Shown here: positions 1 through 13,419 of the stretch, in pieces
Position numbering within the stretch: the first letter of the stretch is position 1
How the letters are laid out: the number at the start of each line of letters is the position of its first letter
DNA from: Negaprion brevirostris
Lineage: Eukaryota
Direction: 5' to 3'
DNA length: 64,000 nt
Assembly: GCA_030324005.1 (NCBI GenBank)
Contig: JARDVH010000150.1
Span: forward strand, 21,425,313 to 21,489,312
Notes under the pieces: model-generated
What the model saw: the letters and a program-made list of their open reading frames with translations, nothing else
Told to the model about the DNA's origin: nothing
Database searches by the model: none
Made by a program: the position numbers and the translations under genes

Positions 1-59
1 GACCATTCTGATCGTATAGTACTAGAGGATAGCTGAGATGTTTAATTTAACAGCTGGAG

Positions 60-790
60 TTGAGGACTGATGAAGTGTACATGTGAAAACTAACGCTATG
101 CTTTCAGATGATGCTGCACGTAGGTTCTTGGATCTCCTGCTCTAATAATCTCTGGAGCACACCAGAGATTATAGTGCAGGAGAGGAATTACTGCAAGTGC
201 TTCCCTAGAGCTGTGAGAACAGTTCCATGCAACCATTAGAGAGGCTTAGGACGGGCATGGTGTGGTCAGCCAGATCAAAGGCTGTAGAAAGGTTAAGGAT
301 ATGAAGAAAGTGTTCACCTGCTGTCACAGTTGCATAGGATGTAATTTTTAACTTTTAAGAACTGTTCCATTACTGCAGCAGGGACTGAAACCTACTCGAA
401 GGGTTTCAAACGTCGAGTCCCTGGAAAGATTGGAACTGATTGGGAGGTGACAGCATGTTCAAAGAATAAAAGCAAAGTGGTGGTAAAGCTCAGCAGGTCT
501 GATAATATCTTTGGAAAGAGAACGAGTTAACTGTTTCAAGTCCAGTGTGAAGAGCCATATTGGACGCAGCAGTAACTCTTTCTCTTTCCACAAATGCCTA
601 AGTTTTCCAGCAGTTTTTATTTTTTGCTCTGGTCTCCAGTATCTGCAGTATTTTGCTTTTATTATGTTCAAGGACTTTGGAAAGAAGAGGCACATTGGGG
701 AAAGTTCAGTAATGAGTCAAGGTCGGGCCTTTTGAGGAGATGATGACGGAGGCAGATATTAAAAACGAAAAGCCCTGCAGGAGATGGAAT
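60..790 (-). mobile_element. Decayed L2/CR1-type LINE reverse transcriptase fragment
   Basis: The minus strand near 250-295 reads LSTAFDLADHT, like the LINE RT LSAAFDTVDH motif; frames are broken. Confidence 0.55.
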
Positions 791-1567
791 ACACTGCATG
801 AGCAAAGAACAAGTTGCTCCTCCAGGTTACTGATATCTGTTCACATGGATCACTCATGTTGCTCTGGCACTGGAAGATTGCTAACTTCTGCAAAAACACA
901 TTTGGAGAACGTTTTAGATGAAAAAAATTTCTTAAGGTTATTTGAGCAATTGCACAATTAACTTCAGATTGTAAGATTGGAAGGAAATGTTCTAATAGTT
1001 AGACATTGTACATAATGGGTAAATTAGATGTGCTTCAAATTTTTTTCTAACCAAGGGTCACCAGTAATAACAACTATTAGGGTTTTAACTTCTGTAAACC
1101 AGTTGCAACCAGAATTAGCTTATGTGTCATAGTCACTGATTCCTGGTAAAAATGATCCACTCTAGTTTCGTTAATGTCTGTTAATATCACTATTCAGTGA
1201 CTCATTGCGTGTATGGTAGTTGTGACAGCCGAGTATTCAGTAATTTTTTTTTTTGTCCCTCTCTCTTCCCCTTCTCCGTCTCCTCCCCCCCAAGCATGAC
1301 TTTGCAACATATTGGCGTTCCTGGCGGTGGTCGTATTCTGGAGTATGAGGTCACATCTATCTGTACTTTGGTTAGGAGGATTTTCATATGGGGGAAGGGG
1401 GCAGGAAGTGCCACAATCTTCAAAAGGAGCAAGCCCTGCCAATTTTAACTTTTGGTATTTTCTTTGAAATTATAAAGTGATTTATTTTCAGAGCTTCAAT
1501 GTGATTTTCCTCAGTACTTTGGTTTCATATGAGAATCCTGCTTCATTGATTTTTGTTTAACGTGTAG

Positions 1568-1647
1568 GTTTGGACGAAAGAACAGGCCCTGGCCCATGGA
1601 CAGGAGGCACACAGAGCAGTAGTCCATCAACATATGAACAAGCAAGG
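1568..1647 (+). CDS. tcf3: TCF3 coding exon (~human exon 4): (G)LDERTGPGPWTGGTQSSSPSTYEQAR
   Basis: tgtag|GT acceptor and AGG|gtaaga donor; 80 nt, phase 1 to 0; resembles E2A GLEDRPSSGSW and HEB GIDERGG..W..SPSYDSSR. Confidence 0.9.
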
Positions 1648-3213
1648 GTAAGAGTGGTTATTTTCCCCCATTTTCTTCCTAAATGGCTTTCTTCAGCCTT
1701 CATTGATTTGAATCACCTTTTCGATTTCCCCTCAAAACAAAGGTTAAGCAGCGTAAGTTTCATGTATACATTAAACGATTATTTCCCACAAAATGTTCCT
1801 TTTTATGTTGACCAAATCCCAAGCCTTTTTAAGGTATATTTTATACTGCAATGATGGCAACTGTACTAAGTTGTTTGATTTCGTCCTGCTGCTTAATTTA
1901 CTACTATGGTGCAGGAGTGGGAGCCCAAGTCAATGTAACAGAATGAGTCTACAAACAACATTTGTGTCTGGAGCTCAACAATATAGCCAGTTCACACTGA
2001 AGCCACCATTGTAGTGTAATAGGTCTAAAGTCAACGCTGGTAGTTCTAACTTTCTCTAAATGTTTCGCTGGTAAATTAGGTGCGAACTAAGTAACTTTCT
2101 CAATCTGCATTTTTAAAAATATTTTCTACACATTGGTTACTTATTGACTTAGTTCTAACTCAAGCTCACAGGCGGCCTCAGGCTCTAATTGGCAGGAGCC
2201 CATGCTAACTGTTCATTACTGAAGATCCTTAATCATTTTAAGGATTTATAGAAAGTCTGCTCTACCTTGATTATGATTGCTGGTAAAGAGGGCTTCAGTT
2301 CTCTTTGCTTCCTTCACCATCCTGGACAGGTGGGTGTTAGGATAAGCCGAGGGTTGTAACATGAGAAGTGTGGCCAGCGTCCGAGAGTTTGAAAACTTAT
2401 TTGAATTGTTACTTTTTGAAAAATATAATCTCTCTCTCTCTCTCTCGTCCAATATTGGGTAGGCCTTACTAGATAGAATGTAGAGAATGACAATGGATAT
2501 CTGTAAAGTTAGTGGCCTGAACTCTATCAGTCTGTTTCATACAAATGAATTCCTGGCTGACTCAGATGAAGTGTAGTGCTGCTTATTAAGTTTGTTTTTC
2601 CAATTTCCCCACCTGGACTTCACCCTGAGCCCAGAATTCATTGTGTTACCATTTCTGTTTTAAGTTCCTTACAGCCAAGTCTAGCCTGACCTCACTTGTC
2701 CATATAAATGTATGCTGTTTCCAACAGGTGTCACTGGAAAGTAATGAGAACCAGGGTTCCACAGCTTAATTCCACCCTCAGCTGAGCAATGTTGAGGAAA
2801 ACTGTTTGGCCTCTGCTGTGGTCACCTTACTCACCAGACCCTCAATTGAGCCTTTATTCATTTGACTTGCTGATCAAACTCTGTTACCACTTACTATACC
2901 ATTCAAATCATTTGTAGTATGACTTTTTTAATGAAACAAGGAAGGGTAAAATGTATCAGGGTTCCAATTCTAAAATTTTGAGTATGTAATTACTGATTTG
3001 TGTGGCATTCGATGCTGCCAGGATTGTGCATGGCTTTGTTGCGAACCAGTGGCTTGCTGACCTCACTGAGCTCGTGTATTGAATGGTCACTTTGATTACT
3101 CTCCAGTAACTAATTTAAGTCCATGGAAGAAGTTAATATCACGTGAGCTGGGGACTGTTGAATAGAAGCAGGGACCATCGTCCAGCCATGTCTAGCAAAT
3201 CTGATGTGGAGTT

Positions 3214-3300
3214 CACCTGAAGAAGGAGCAATGCTCCTAAAGCTTATGCTACCAAATAACTTGTTGGATTTTAACTTAGTGTTGTGCGACTTTTTACTGT
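3214..3300 (+). mobile_element. Penelope-type terminal-repeat fragment with a degenerate minimal hammerhead motif
   Basis: cac-CTGAAGA-a-GGAGC-aat-GCTCC-TAAA-gctt-atg, followed by the same tail seen at 5691, 15981 and 59787. Confidence 0.65.
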
Positions 3301-4321
3301 ATTAAATCTGAGGCATCTTCTGGATTAATTTTGTTGTCTGTAATATATAATTGCCTGTTAAACTAACAAGACAATCAAATCTGGTAATTATCAATGTAAG
3401 TAATCTTTTAACACTAATTATTATCTGCCTTTTAATCAATTGTCCACTTACTCAGCATGAAGTCTGGAGTCTCATTACTTCAGATTTTAAATGGTTATCG
3501 TAATTTCAATTTTTATTTTTCCTTTCTGAATCAAGTTTTTCTTTCACCCTTTCTCTGTACCTAGTTTGATGCATTAACTAACAACTTCATTATTCTCCTG
3601 TTTATTTCTCAATCCTTAAAACTCTTTGGCTGAGCGCATATATTGTTTGTCCCACTATTCACCAGGTCCCAGAAGCCCTGTTACGTTCGCTGCATTGTTA
3701 TCAGCTTGCGGTTGCAGCACCTTTTTGCACAAAAATTGTATGTGCACAAGGAAGTTTAAAGGAAGGGCCATGCTAGGAGATGCCCCTGCTGCAGTAAAAG
3801 TTGGCCACGTCATTGGTCTGCTGTTGGGCTCTCTTCCATACTCAGAATTTTTAACATTCAATTTTGGATTAAAATGAGGTGCAGCAGGATTTGTTTTATA
3901 ATGTTAATTAAATAGATTCATGCAATTGAAGTTCTGAATTGCTTCAATATATCACTTGTTTACAAAAGGTGAGATTGTTGCCTGGATTTATATTACAGGC
4001 TAAAGCTTAAAGTCTAAATTTTTTTAACCACTACTAATCCAAGCAAATATTTAGATAGATGACACCTGACTTCAGATGTGAATCAATTTCATACTTGGTT
4101 CCCTTGAGTGTTTAAAGTCAAGACTTTTAATAGTTTTTCTCTCCTCGAACCTTTACCAGAATTGCTGAAATTTATTGTCCTGATGATGTTTGAGTGTTAA
4201 CAACAAGCCAATGCAGGGATTCAGGTTTTTTTCTTTGTATTCTAATATTTGTCTTAAAATTTCTACTTCAAAACATACTGGCTCTGCTTTATGTGCCTAA
4301 CCATTTTCATCTTTTTTACAG

Positions 4322-4424
4322 GGCTATGGTGAAGGTTCCCACTATGGTGACCATGTATCCAACAGAGAGTTGCCGTCACATGATGGCATGTCATCTTCAT
4401 CCTTCATAAACCCTGGCCTTGTTG
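4322..4424 (+). CDS. tcf3: TCF3 coding exon (~exon 5): GYGEGSHYGDHVSNRELPSHDGMSSSSFINPGLV
   Basis: ttttttacag| acceptor and G|gtgagt donor; 103 nt, phase 0 to 1; similar to the EGTHF / DSPHYSDH / SHDNLS regions of the paralogues. Confidence 0.92.
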
Positions 4425-4641
4425 GTGAGTACAAATGAATGACTTTGAATTGCTGAATCTTTTGGCAGGGTTAATCCCTTGGACACAGCCTTCCTGCTTT
4501 TGATATTTCCTCCAGTGTGAGCATTGCATTTGGCATTTAGAATCAGGAAATATTTCAGGAACTGTTTTTCTCAGTGGCAGGTGGCTAGGCATAGTGTTGT
4601 CAAAAGATTGTCTGACCAAATCTTTCCCAGCTAAAAGACAT

Positions 4642-5119
4642 AGGCCAAGATTTTCCGTTCCCATTTGCATGGGTAGGTTTGGCAGCAAGAGGAGAAAATA
4701 CTGAAGGCCAAAACCGCATTGCCTGTCGACGTAAAAACTGGAAGTGGTTCCTACCCCTTCAGTCAGTGGCAGACCATGGTTCCCACTGTTCAATGGCAGG
4801 AACCTCTTTAATAAATTTGCATGTTATTATCAGGTCCGCATACTAGAATCATACCCTCATGTTAATAAAAGGGTCCGGAATGGCATGACGCTCAACATCT
4901 CAAAAGTCGGGCACCTGGCAAATAGGATTCGGAGGAGAGTTTGAAGGTGAGCACAGTGCAGGTGTCAGGGGATGGGGAAGAGAGGGCCATGTCCTATACT
5001 ATACTATAGTAAGTCCTATACTATATGGCATAAAGAATCACCATTACCACTGGCAAACTCCACACTGATTCTTCCTGCCTGACTTCGGACTTTGCCAGTA
5101 TTGGATAAAATCTTGCCCC
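4642..5119. mobile_element. MITE, probably PIF/Harbinger type
   Basis: TIRs aggccaagatttt / aaaatcttgcccc (11 of 13 match) flanked by a 3-bp CAT direct repeat (4639-4641 and 5120-5122). Confidence 0.6.
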
Positions 5120-5492
5120 CATAGTGAAGTTTAGTCTAGATTAACTGCTCATAAATATATTGGGAATAATTTTTTTCTACTCTTTCACCCTTCAAATTAC
5201 TAACACACACTTATCCTATGTAAGTATGAAGGAATTTGTTGTGATCCCTGCTATGTAACCTGCTTGACACAGGATTTCTAATTGAGTGAAGTTGTATATG
5301 TTATGTATATAGATATGCATAGGTTTGCATGTTAATTCCTTTAGATGGGTCCAGTGCTATAAGACCAACTCAAGGGCAGAAGTCTGTACTACATTTTATT
5401 CTCTCATTCGGATCACCTAGTAATCTGTTTGTTTTTCTATCAGGAAGTTTACCTGATTATCTGGGCAGTGTTTAACATCCTTGTCATAATTA

Positions 5493-5690
5493 AAGCTTAT
5501 TTATCAGTGTCACAAGTAGGCTTACATTAATACGACAATGAAGTTATTGTAAAAAATCCCCTGGTCGCTGCACCCTGGGTACACTGAGGGAGAATTTAGC
5601 ATGGCTAGTGCACCTAACTAGTATGTCTTTCAGACTGTGGGAGGAAACTGGAGCTCCCGTAGGAAACCCATGCAGACATGGGGAGATCAG
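5493..5690 (-). mobile_element. HE1-like V-SINE, partial
   Basis: Reverse complement of the core tgtctgcatgggtttcct..ccagtttcctcccacagtc shared with the other copies. Confidence 0.75.
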
Positions 5691-5785
5691 AGTAAGAAGT
5701 CTCTCAACACCCAGGTTAAAGTCCAACAGGTTTATTTGGTAGCAAAAGCCACTAGCTTTTGTGGTTTGCCCTTCATCAGGGGAGT
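5691..5785 (-). mobile_element. Penelope-type terminal-repeat fragment with a degenerate hammerhead motif
   Basis: The minus strand reads ccCTGATGAagggcaaaccacAAAAgctagtg plus the shared tail. Confidence 0.6.
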
Positions 5786-8700
5786 GGATTTTGGGATGAT
5801 CCACTGAGAAAAGTTCAATTATTTTAGAAGCCAAATATTGCTTATTTTGTTTCCTACACCTTAACGGAATTGTCCAAGTGTCTGAATGTGGCCAGCGGCC
5901 AGCATCCACCTCCTGAACTTTGACCTACGGTTTACAATTCAGTACACTAGCATGTATAGGATTGGAACAATCACCTGTGTTATGTACAGATACTAATTGA
6001 TTATAAATAGGTGAGTTAAGATTTGGCAAAATGACTCTTTTGAATAGATTTAGGTAGAGAGATTGGAGGTGGTTAAAATACATTTGGAATTCAGGTCTAA
6101 CACTCTGTCTCCGGCCAAGAAGTTGTTTGTTTTAAAAAAAATTGTTCGTCTTGTCAGTGGGAACATGCTGCTCATATATTTTTGGAAGATTTGTGAATAA
6201 TAGGCAACGGCTGAAAGAATTTATCATGTAATCAAGAGATAAACATAACAAATTCTGTTGGACTGCCTTTCATTGTCTGGACCCAAACGACTTCGAATGC
6301 CAACACTGTGATGCCACATTACAAAAAACAAACTATTCTGGTCATAGGCAGTCGCTAACGTCAAGGAAAAAAATCAAGTATCAGCTGTAGGCTTGATAGG
6401 ACATGGCAAAGGCATACTGTCCTCTTGCTAGTTTTGATGTGAAAATGCATTCTAATTTTGGGAAGGGAAAGTAGTTTAGTTTCTCATGGAAAAGTTCCTC
6501 AGAGGTATATCCTTGTAATTTTCTACTTGAATTGGCTCCCATACCATAGTACATGAAGCATAACTAATGAAGCATCTCTGCTGACAGCCCTAAGCTGCTT
6601 TCTGCAGTAGTTATTTTGGCTCTGATCTGCTCCGAGAGATCCCTGGTGTTTTGTTGTATTTTGATCTTTACCAGGTACATTTTTGAATATCATGCTTGCA
6701 TTTCTGTTTTACTGTGCAGTGTATTTTTTTTTTCCCCCTGCCTGCCATCTTATTTCCACTTTCTTCCCTGAGTTGGCATCTCCGTTTCTGCTATCTCTGA
6801 TGAAAGCATTACTGCTGTGCGTTGTGTTATCTGTATTTTTATGATCCATTTTCTGCTGTGCGTTTAGTCTCACTCACTCCTAACTTGCGTCTGCTGCCTT
6901 TTCAGATCCTGTAGCTTTCTCTAATGAGCTTCTGTTCTGCTTTCAAACTCCTTTGAAACCTACTGCTGCCGTCTGGGACTCTTTCCCGCTGAGTTTAACA
7001 GAGCTTTGGGATCAACTCCTTGCTTGCACCACAAACACTTAAGGGGCTTACTGAGAAGGCTATTTACTCCATTCTGCTGCAGTAAATAATTTGAAACAAT
7101 TAATACATTGTTACTAGGCCACTTTTTTTGTTTAATTAAAACAAAACAGACTCCTGGGAGTACAACAGATCGCAACTTAGGACAGGGTTAAAGGTAGAAT
7201 CTTTGAAACTGCTGTCCTGTTATGATCACATTTATTATTGCTGCGCAGTTATATTCTAATAGACGCGTAAGCTTGTTCTGTGGTGGTTGGGTATATAAAC
7301 CGTCCTTTATAATTACGCAGTCAAAGCTATTTCATAGTTAAGTTTATGCTGATGGTTTGAAGGTAAGGATGTATGTATACACTGTCAATAGTTGTTTGAC
7401 AATTTCAATATTTGGGCTGTATTATTTTAAAAATAATATATGACTGTTTGAATTTGGAAACATTATTTCCACAATGTGAGCTGTGTGATGGGTTGGTAAT
7501 AATAGGAGCAATTTGAGATATGTGCAGAAAGTCCTGCAAGAAAGGTTTACTACAACCGTTGAGTATAAGTACAGAATATTGGTGGTAAAATATTTAATAG
7601 TTCAGAAGATTTGCTTTCCGTACGTACAACATCAAATGGGTCACTTATGCACTCGGCAAAATCTGGTCAATAAATATTTTTACCACAGTCATTTTACAAC
7701 GTTAGAAGTGGAGATTATTTAAAATATGAAAACCTGACCTATACTGCTGTTTTGACTATGATTTTCAACGATTTGTGATGTATTTCCCAAATTAGTGAAA
7801 GTAGCTCATTTGAAAATTGGCTTTGCAAGAGTCTTCAGAAGTTGGATGCAAGGATATTGAAGTTTAATTGAATTTTAAGCTACAAGTAACTTCAAAATGA
7901 ATGTTATTTGAGTTGGATACAGTTACATCATAGGACCATCTGTTTGTCAAACTGACAATGTCCCTGTATCATTCTTTTAATCACTATTGGACTGTTAATC
8001 CCGAAATGTTTAATAAATAAGTTTGTAATGGAATTTTTCAATGCTTAACGGCTGTATGTGTTCTAAAATTTTAACTAATTACCGAAGCTATGCTTATTTT
8101 TACTTTTCAATTGAAGGTAAGGCATTCACAATTGCACAAAAATGTTAAAATGGGGGAAATGTTTAGTGGGCAAATTAAACTCCCATGTATAACTGTCTAA
8201 TAAATGCCTAATTCTGAAGTGTCAAGCAGCGAATACTAAAAGCGATAGAAATGCTAGTTTACTAAATGTTTTCTGATGACAACCTATAATTACATGGATG
8301 GGATTTTAAGTACTGCTAGTTGGAGTAGTAGCTCACTGAAGATTTAGATTAATTACTAAGGGAGAAAAAAAATCCTTGCTCAGGATTGCTTCAGAAAAAC
8401 AGGAGCAAACACTTTTCTGTTAATGGTGTGAGTAGTTTTAGCACAGGATCCTTTCCACATTTGGAGAGGTTTTTATCTTGAGTTTAGCTGCATGATTATG
8501 ATTAGAGGTAAAGAACTTGCAAGCGACAACGCAAGATGTGTGAATGATGTTTGTCCTGTAGGATTTGCAGAGTGCAATTCGTGGGCATTCATGTGTGAAT
8601 TCCCTGTGGATTAGAAAAACAGTACAGTGCCATGTGGCTGTTTTGCACCTGCTCCCCTTGAGAGTGATTAATTTGTTATGCCAAGGGGAAGATTTTTTAT

Positions 8701-9857
8701 ATTTAAAATGACTTGATTGTTTTAAATTTGCATTGTTAAGGGGAAATCTTGTTGACCCTCCATAGGATTTTATTTATATTATAGTTCATAATCTGAGATT
8801 TTCGAGCAGCACTTTTTTGTACGTGAAACTGGGGATTAGAGTGCAAATTTTACATGCAGCCTGCAAAATCTTCACTTTTTTAGTCATTTTAATTTCTTAT
8901 TATTGTATAACTTTCCTCTTAATCAGTTGGAAAGCATACTAACAGATATACCTTTATGTACAACTGAAGATGTTGCATATAAAAATAAACTGCAGAAATT
9001 TGTTGACATGTTTCTGTTTAGTTAATTTCCCATTCAACCATTTGAGTTCTGTTTAAAACTCTTCTGTCTGTGTGGAGTTTGCATATTCTCCCTACTGTCT
9101 TTTCTGTCTGCCATCCGGCGTGTATTACTTTTCCTTAGATAAGTTTCTGGAAGTTTACCCATTTCTTGAAAAATGATTTGTCATAAAGCTTCAATTTCTT
9201 GTTTTTCACACCATTTGAAGAGTAAAATTGGCTGTACTAACTGGAAAAAGTGCCTTCAGTAAATTTTGATTACACTGTCAAAATAAATAAAACACTCTTG
9301 CTTTCTCACACTTGCACACCTTTTAGTAATTTGGAATTTGTTGGGTATGATAAGTCTTTCCTCTTGGCAAGTGGACTTCAACCACGTATTTCAAAGTCTC
9401 TAATATTTGTCTTACGACAAGTGCTACCCAAATATTCCAGGTTCCTGACCTACATAGCCTAAAACTTAGTGTTAGCTATTTTTCATAGTTCAATAATTAA
9501 ATACGGTAACAATGTGAAAGTTCAATCTGTGCTGTCCTACTTGTACGAAGTTATCTGTAGTGCCCTACAAAAATAGCATTTCATGATTCGTTTGCAATTG
9601 AAACTTGCCTTCCTCTTCTATTTTTGTGCCCCTTTTAAACTAATTATTAAGCCGGTTACCCTGACTTTCAGTAAACTGTCCGAGATTGATATAAGAACCA
9701 TTTGGTGTATAGCCATTAATCAGTGATTAATTGTTTTGTGCATTAATGATTTTGGTAATTTGAAAGGTATGCTTTGTAATCAAATAATTGACCCCTGCTT
9801 TTATGCTTAAACTCCCTCAACAATCCAACTCCTCAGCACTTCAAATTGACCAAGCAA

Positions 9858-10104
9858 ATCATAAAATCCCTACAGTGCACCAATTACAATCCCATCCAGG
9901 CCCCTATCCCTATAACCCAACATTTATCCTGTTAGTCCCCTGACACTAAGGAACAATTTAGCATAGCCAATCAACGTAAAAAAAACCCCCCCCAACCCAC
10001 ACATATATACTGGGATAACATTCAAACTCCACACAATGACCCAAGGCCAAAATTAAACCCAGGTCCCTGTCACTGAAGCAGCAGTGCTATCCACCATGCC
10101 ACCC
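9858..10104 (-). mobile_element. HE1-like V-SINE
   Basis: Reverse-complemented tail (atccctacagtgca) and tRNA-like head (gcagcagtgcta..ccaccatgccaccc). Confidence 0.75.
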
Positions 10105-10519
10105 TATTTGCTATCTCTTATTTTATTTGGAATTTCACAGTAACTTGATTGCATACTAGCATGTAGCTTCCACGACGTACAAATGCACCAGGCTGACTAT
10201 ATCTCAGGTTGGTTTAGCATGCTAAGGCTGCCAGCAAATGTTGTCCAGTGCAGAATCACATTGGAAACTGTCTTTTGATTTGCAAGCATAGGTTGTTTGA
10301 ATAGTCTGTGCCCTTCCTGTTGGGAAAGACAGAAGGAACCTGCCATTTGAAATGATCAACCAGTCTTCAGAGCGTATAGCCTACACGCTGAGCAGACACT
10401 GGGAGTGAAATTCATATACCTCTTTGGGTTTTGTGAGAAATGTCTTTGATGGGGTGTCACCTAACCACCTCTCCTGGCATATTTCTGATATGTAGAGATG
10501 TTTGCTATATTAAATCTGT

Positions 10520-11545
10520 AGCAGCATGTAATTACCTTGCATATCTTAATAGGAACCATCCTCCGCCCAAATTCACCTTTGAAATAGAGCAGCTAAATGC
10601 TCTTTCTACAATGGACCAGTTGAGAAATCGACCAGGGACCACTCAACCAAGGTCTGCCGCAATCCCACCTTCACTGATCAGTAAACACATTGGAATTCTT
10701 ACATTTCCACACGCTGTAAGATTGACCTTATTGACAACTTATTAATAGGGTCCAAGCCATTTGCTCCCTGTGCAAGCTTGATGCTGAAGCAGGCCACATC
10801 AAAGACATCCTGCAGGATAGTGGCTACCCTAATCAGATCATTTTGCTTGTATGTTGCACAGACTCATGACTGTGCCTAAGGCAGTCACGTCCAGCCCTGA
10901 AAAGTGCCCAGTCCACCTCATTACCCTTGAAGGGCAAGATTGCTCAAAAGATTGGAGCGCATGAAACTAGCTGCTGCTATGCTGTAGCAATACAAGTGGT
11001 GTCCACTAAGTGTGCTGCCATCAAACTAAAAAGATGTTCTGCCTATTGCACAAATGAATAATGTGGTATGTGAATTTCAGTGCCAGTGTGATGCTAGGTA
11101 TGCAGATTGCATGTCCCAAAGACTGGCAGATTATNNNNNNNNNNNNNNNNNCCTTTGCTAAATGATCCTCCGTTTTCTAAAAACTACACTGCCAACCAAT
11201 TTAAGATTCAGGCTTGCATTTGCCTGTACTGAAAGCTGCTATATATTAACACAGGACACTGTTCTTTGCAGAATATTGAGCTTGTTTAAGTTAAACAAAG
11301 TGATGGCCGTCCGCTGGTTCACTCCTCAGGACACTGCCTTGACCAATCAGAATCAAACTGCCTGTTTTAAATTTTTGAACAAGGCTTGGTCAATCACCAT
11401 TGACTGGTGCAACATCTGTACCAATCAGGGTCCACTTGCCAACCAGTAAGCACCTTTTATACAATATAAGTTTTTTTTGTTTCCCTTGACATTGGTACTC
11501 TTCTGATTGTCCTGATGAGTATAAGTTGAAAGTTCTCTACCACCA
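10520..11545 (+). mobile_element. Penelope-like retroelement 3' remnant (RT end, GIY-YIG endonuclease, terminal repeat)
   Basis: LNRNHPPPKFTFEIEQLNAL resembles the PLE RT C-terminus; 11051-11130 reads QMNNVVCEFQCQCDARY..SQRLAD (GIY-YIG-like); hammerhead-like core at 11509-11540. Confidence 0.75.
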
Positions 11546-13419
11546 ACATACTAGTTAGCAATTATTGGGGACGAAGTAAGTTGACATCCATTGGATTCTA
11601 TTTTGCTTTCAGTTCCACACCTAGTATGAATGATTTTTTTAAAAAAAGCAGGGATGATTTTCTGTTTTCATATAGAGTAAAAGAAAATTCCACTAATCGA
11701 AATTTCAAGTGCAGTACTATTTTGACATTGATTGCAGTCATATGATCGTATGAAATTTCACCTTTGGTTTAACTTTAGTCAATAAAATGTTCTGTTTATC
11801 TAAGCAATCTTTAATTTTGTGTTTTTTTTAAACTACTTTCTTAGTGTAAGAGCGTTTTGGAACACTAACCTTCAGTTCTTAATACTTATAAAAGCCAATG
11901 TCCAAAGGGAATCTATTCTATTCCAGTGTAGGTGATTGGCATAACTTCCCAAGGCAGTCAGATTGGCAACCCTCTGAGTCAAGGAATTGACAAGTCAAGC
12001 AAGTTTTCACCTCATGACCGTACAATTTAATTGTTTATTGCTGGGATTGTTGGTTTATTTCTGATCAATTCAAACTAATATAAAACAAGCCTAATTGTTG
12101 CCTTTCACTGCCAGAGTAGTAAAAAAATTAAACCATCAACTTAATTAAAAATCAACAGCTTCCAATCTTATTCAGAGGTGGAGAAAATGACATTGTGTGG
12201 TTTCCTAGATTTTCACCTTGGCTGGAGTTAATGGAACACACGATTTGAGTGTCCAAAACAGTGTTTGCAAGCTAAACTGAAACTTGATCTTGTCATTTTC
12301 AATGTGGTGGAAAACATACCAAAATAGATGGAGGTGTTGACGTGAGCTGTTGAATAAGTAGAACTAATCATATCAAAATAGTGTCCCATCTAAGTAATGG
12401 AAGAATTGTGTAATGCTTCAACTTATACCAGAAATTCTCTAGAATTTATTTGGTACATAATGGTGAAAGTATTGGGATACTAATTTAACTGCAGTTGGCA
12501 AAAGATCACTTTCTACAAATGTGCTTAATCAGCTGTTAAACTGTGGATGAGTGCTGCTTGGATTGAGTGATTGTCAGCAGTAAAGACTTAACAAGCATGT
12601 TAGATTTGAAAACATGAGATTGACTTTAGATTTTCAGAAAGCCTTCGCTAAATTTCTGTATCAGCAGTTTATTGGTTAAAATTAAGATTTGTGCAGTAGT
12701 AGATTAAAATGTGACATAGATATATTTGAAAAGGAGGGCCAGAACTGGGAACTTTGCTGTATCCAAAAACTATCTCCATTGTGTTGCAACGTGCAGTAGT
12801 GGGATCAAAATAGTAATGCAGCTCTTGACGTGCCCATTATCCTGATATTCATGTCTGTCATTTTGAGGAGGTCCTCAGCCCAAGTATCAGTTTTAATTGG
12901 CATTAATATGTTGGAGAAGGGGAGAGATGGCATCTCGGATGATTCTAGTTAGCCTTCATTCATTGTTTCCACCTGCTTTTTCTGGTGAGGGAACTACCAG
13001 GAGTGAGAGTTCTTCCTTTGTCCTCGCTGCTCAGATAGTCTACGGGATTCCAATTGCCTTGAGCACTTGTCTCAACATTGACGCAAGACCTCCCAGAATC
13101 TTTCTAACTTGTGTGGCTGAACGCCCCACAGAGCAGTGGATTTACACACAGACGTCAGTGGAAGTACTGTTGCTCACTAAAAATGTTCCACACTTGCATG
13201 ACTAGGTTTGCTTTCAAATGTTGGCAGCTCCTGTAGTAAAGCTGAATAAGTTCTCCTGAGCCAAGAATATTATGCCAGGAGTGGGGAATTACTCATCTCT
13301 CATTTTTCCACATCAAGTGCACCTCTTCTTTAGACATTAAGAACATTGGTGACACGGTGGATTAGAGAAATGCAGTTGGTTTGGATTTTAAGAAAGCCTT
13401 TACTGCTACGCATCAGGAA

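Noticed and set aside
67-95. CTGATGA...GAAA hammerhead-like spacing
   Set aside because: The stems do not pair and it lies at the edge of an L2 remnant; probably chance.
2428-2446. (CT)n microsatellites here and at ~20501-20519
   Set aside because: Short and ordinary.
8620-8660. E-box pair (CATGTG, CACCTG) as an autoregulatory site
   Set aside because: CANNTG hexamers occur hundreds of times by chance in 64 kb; no further support.
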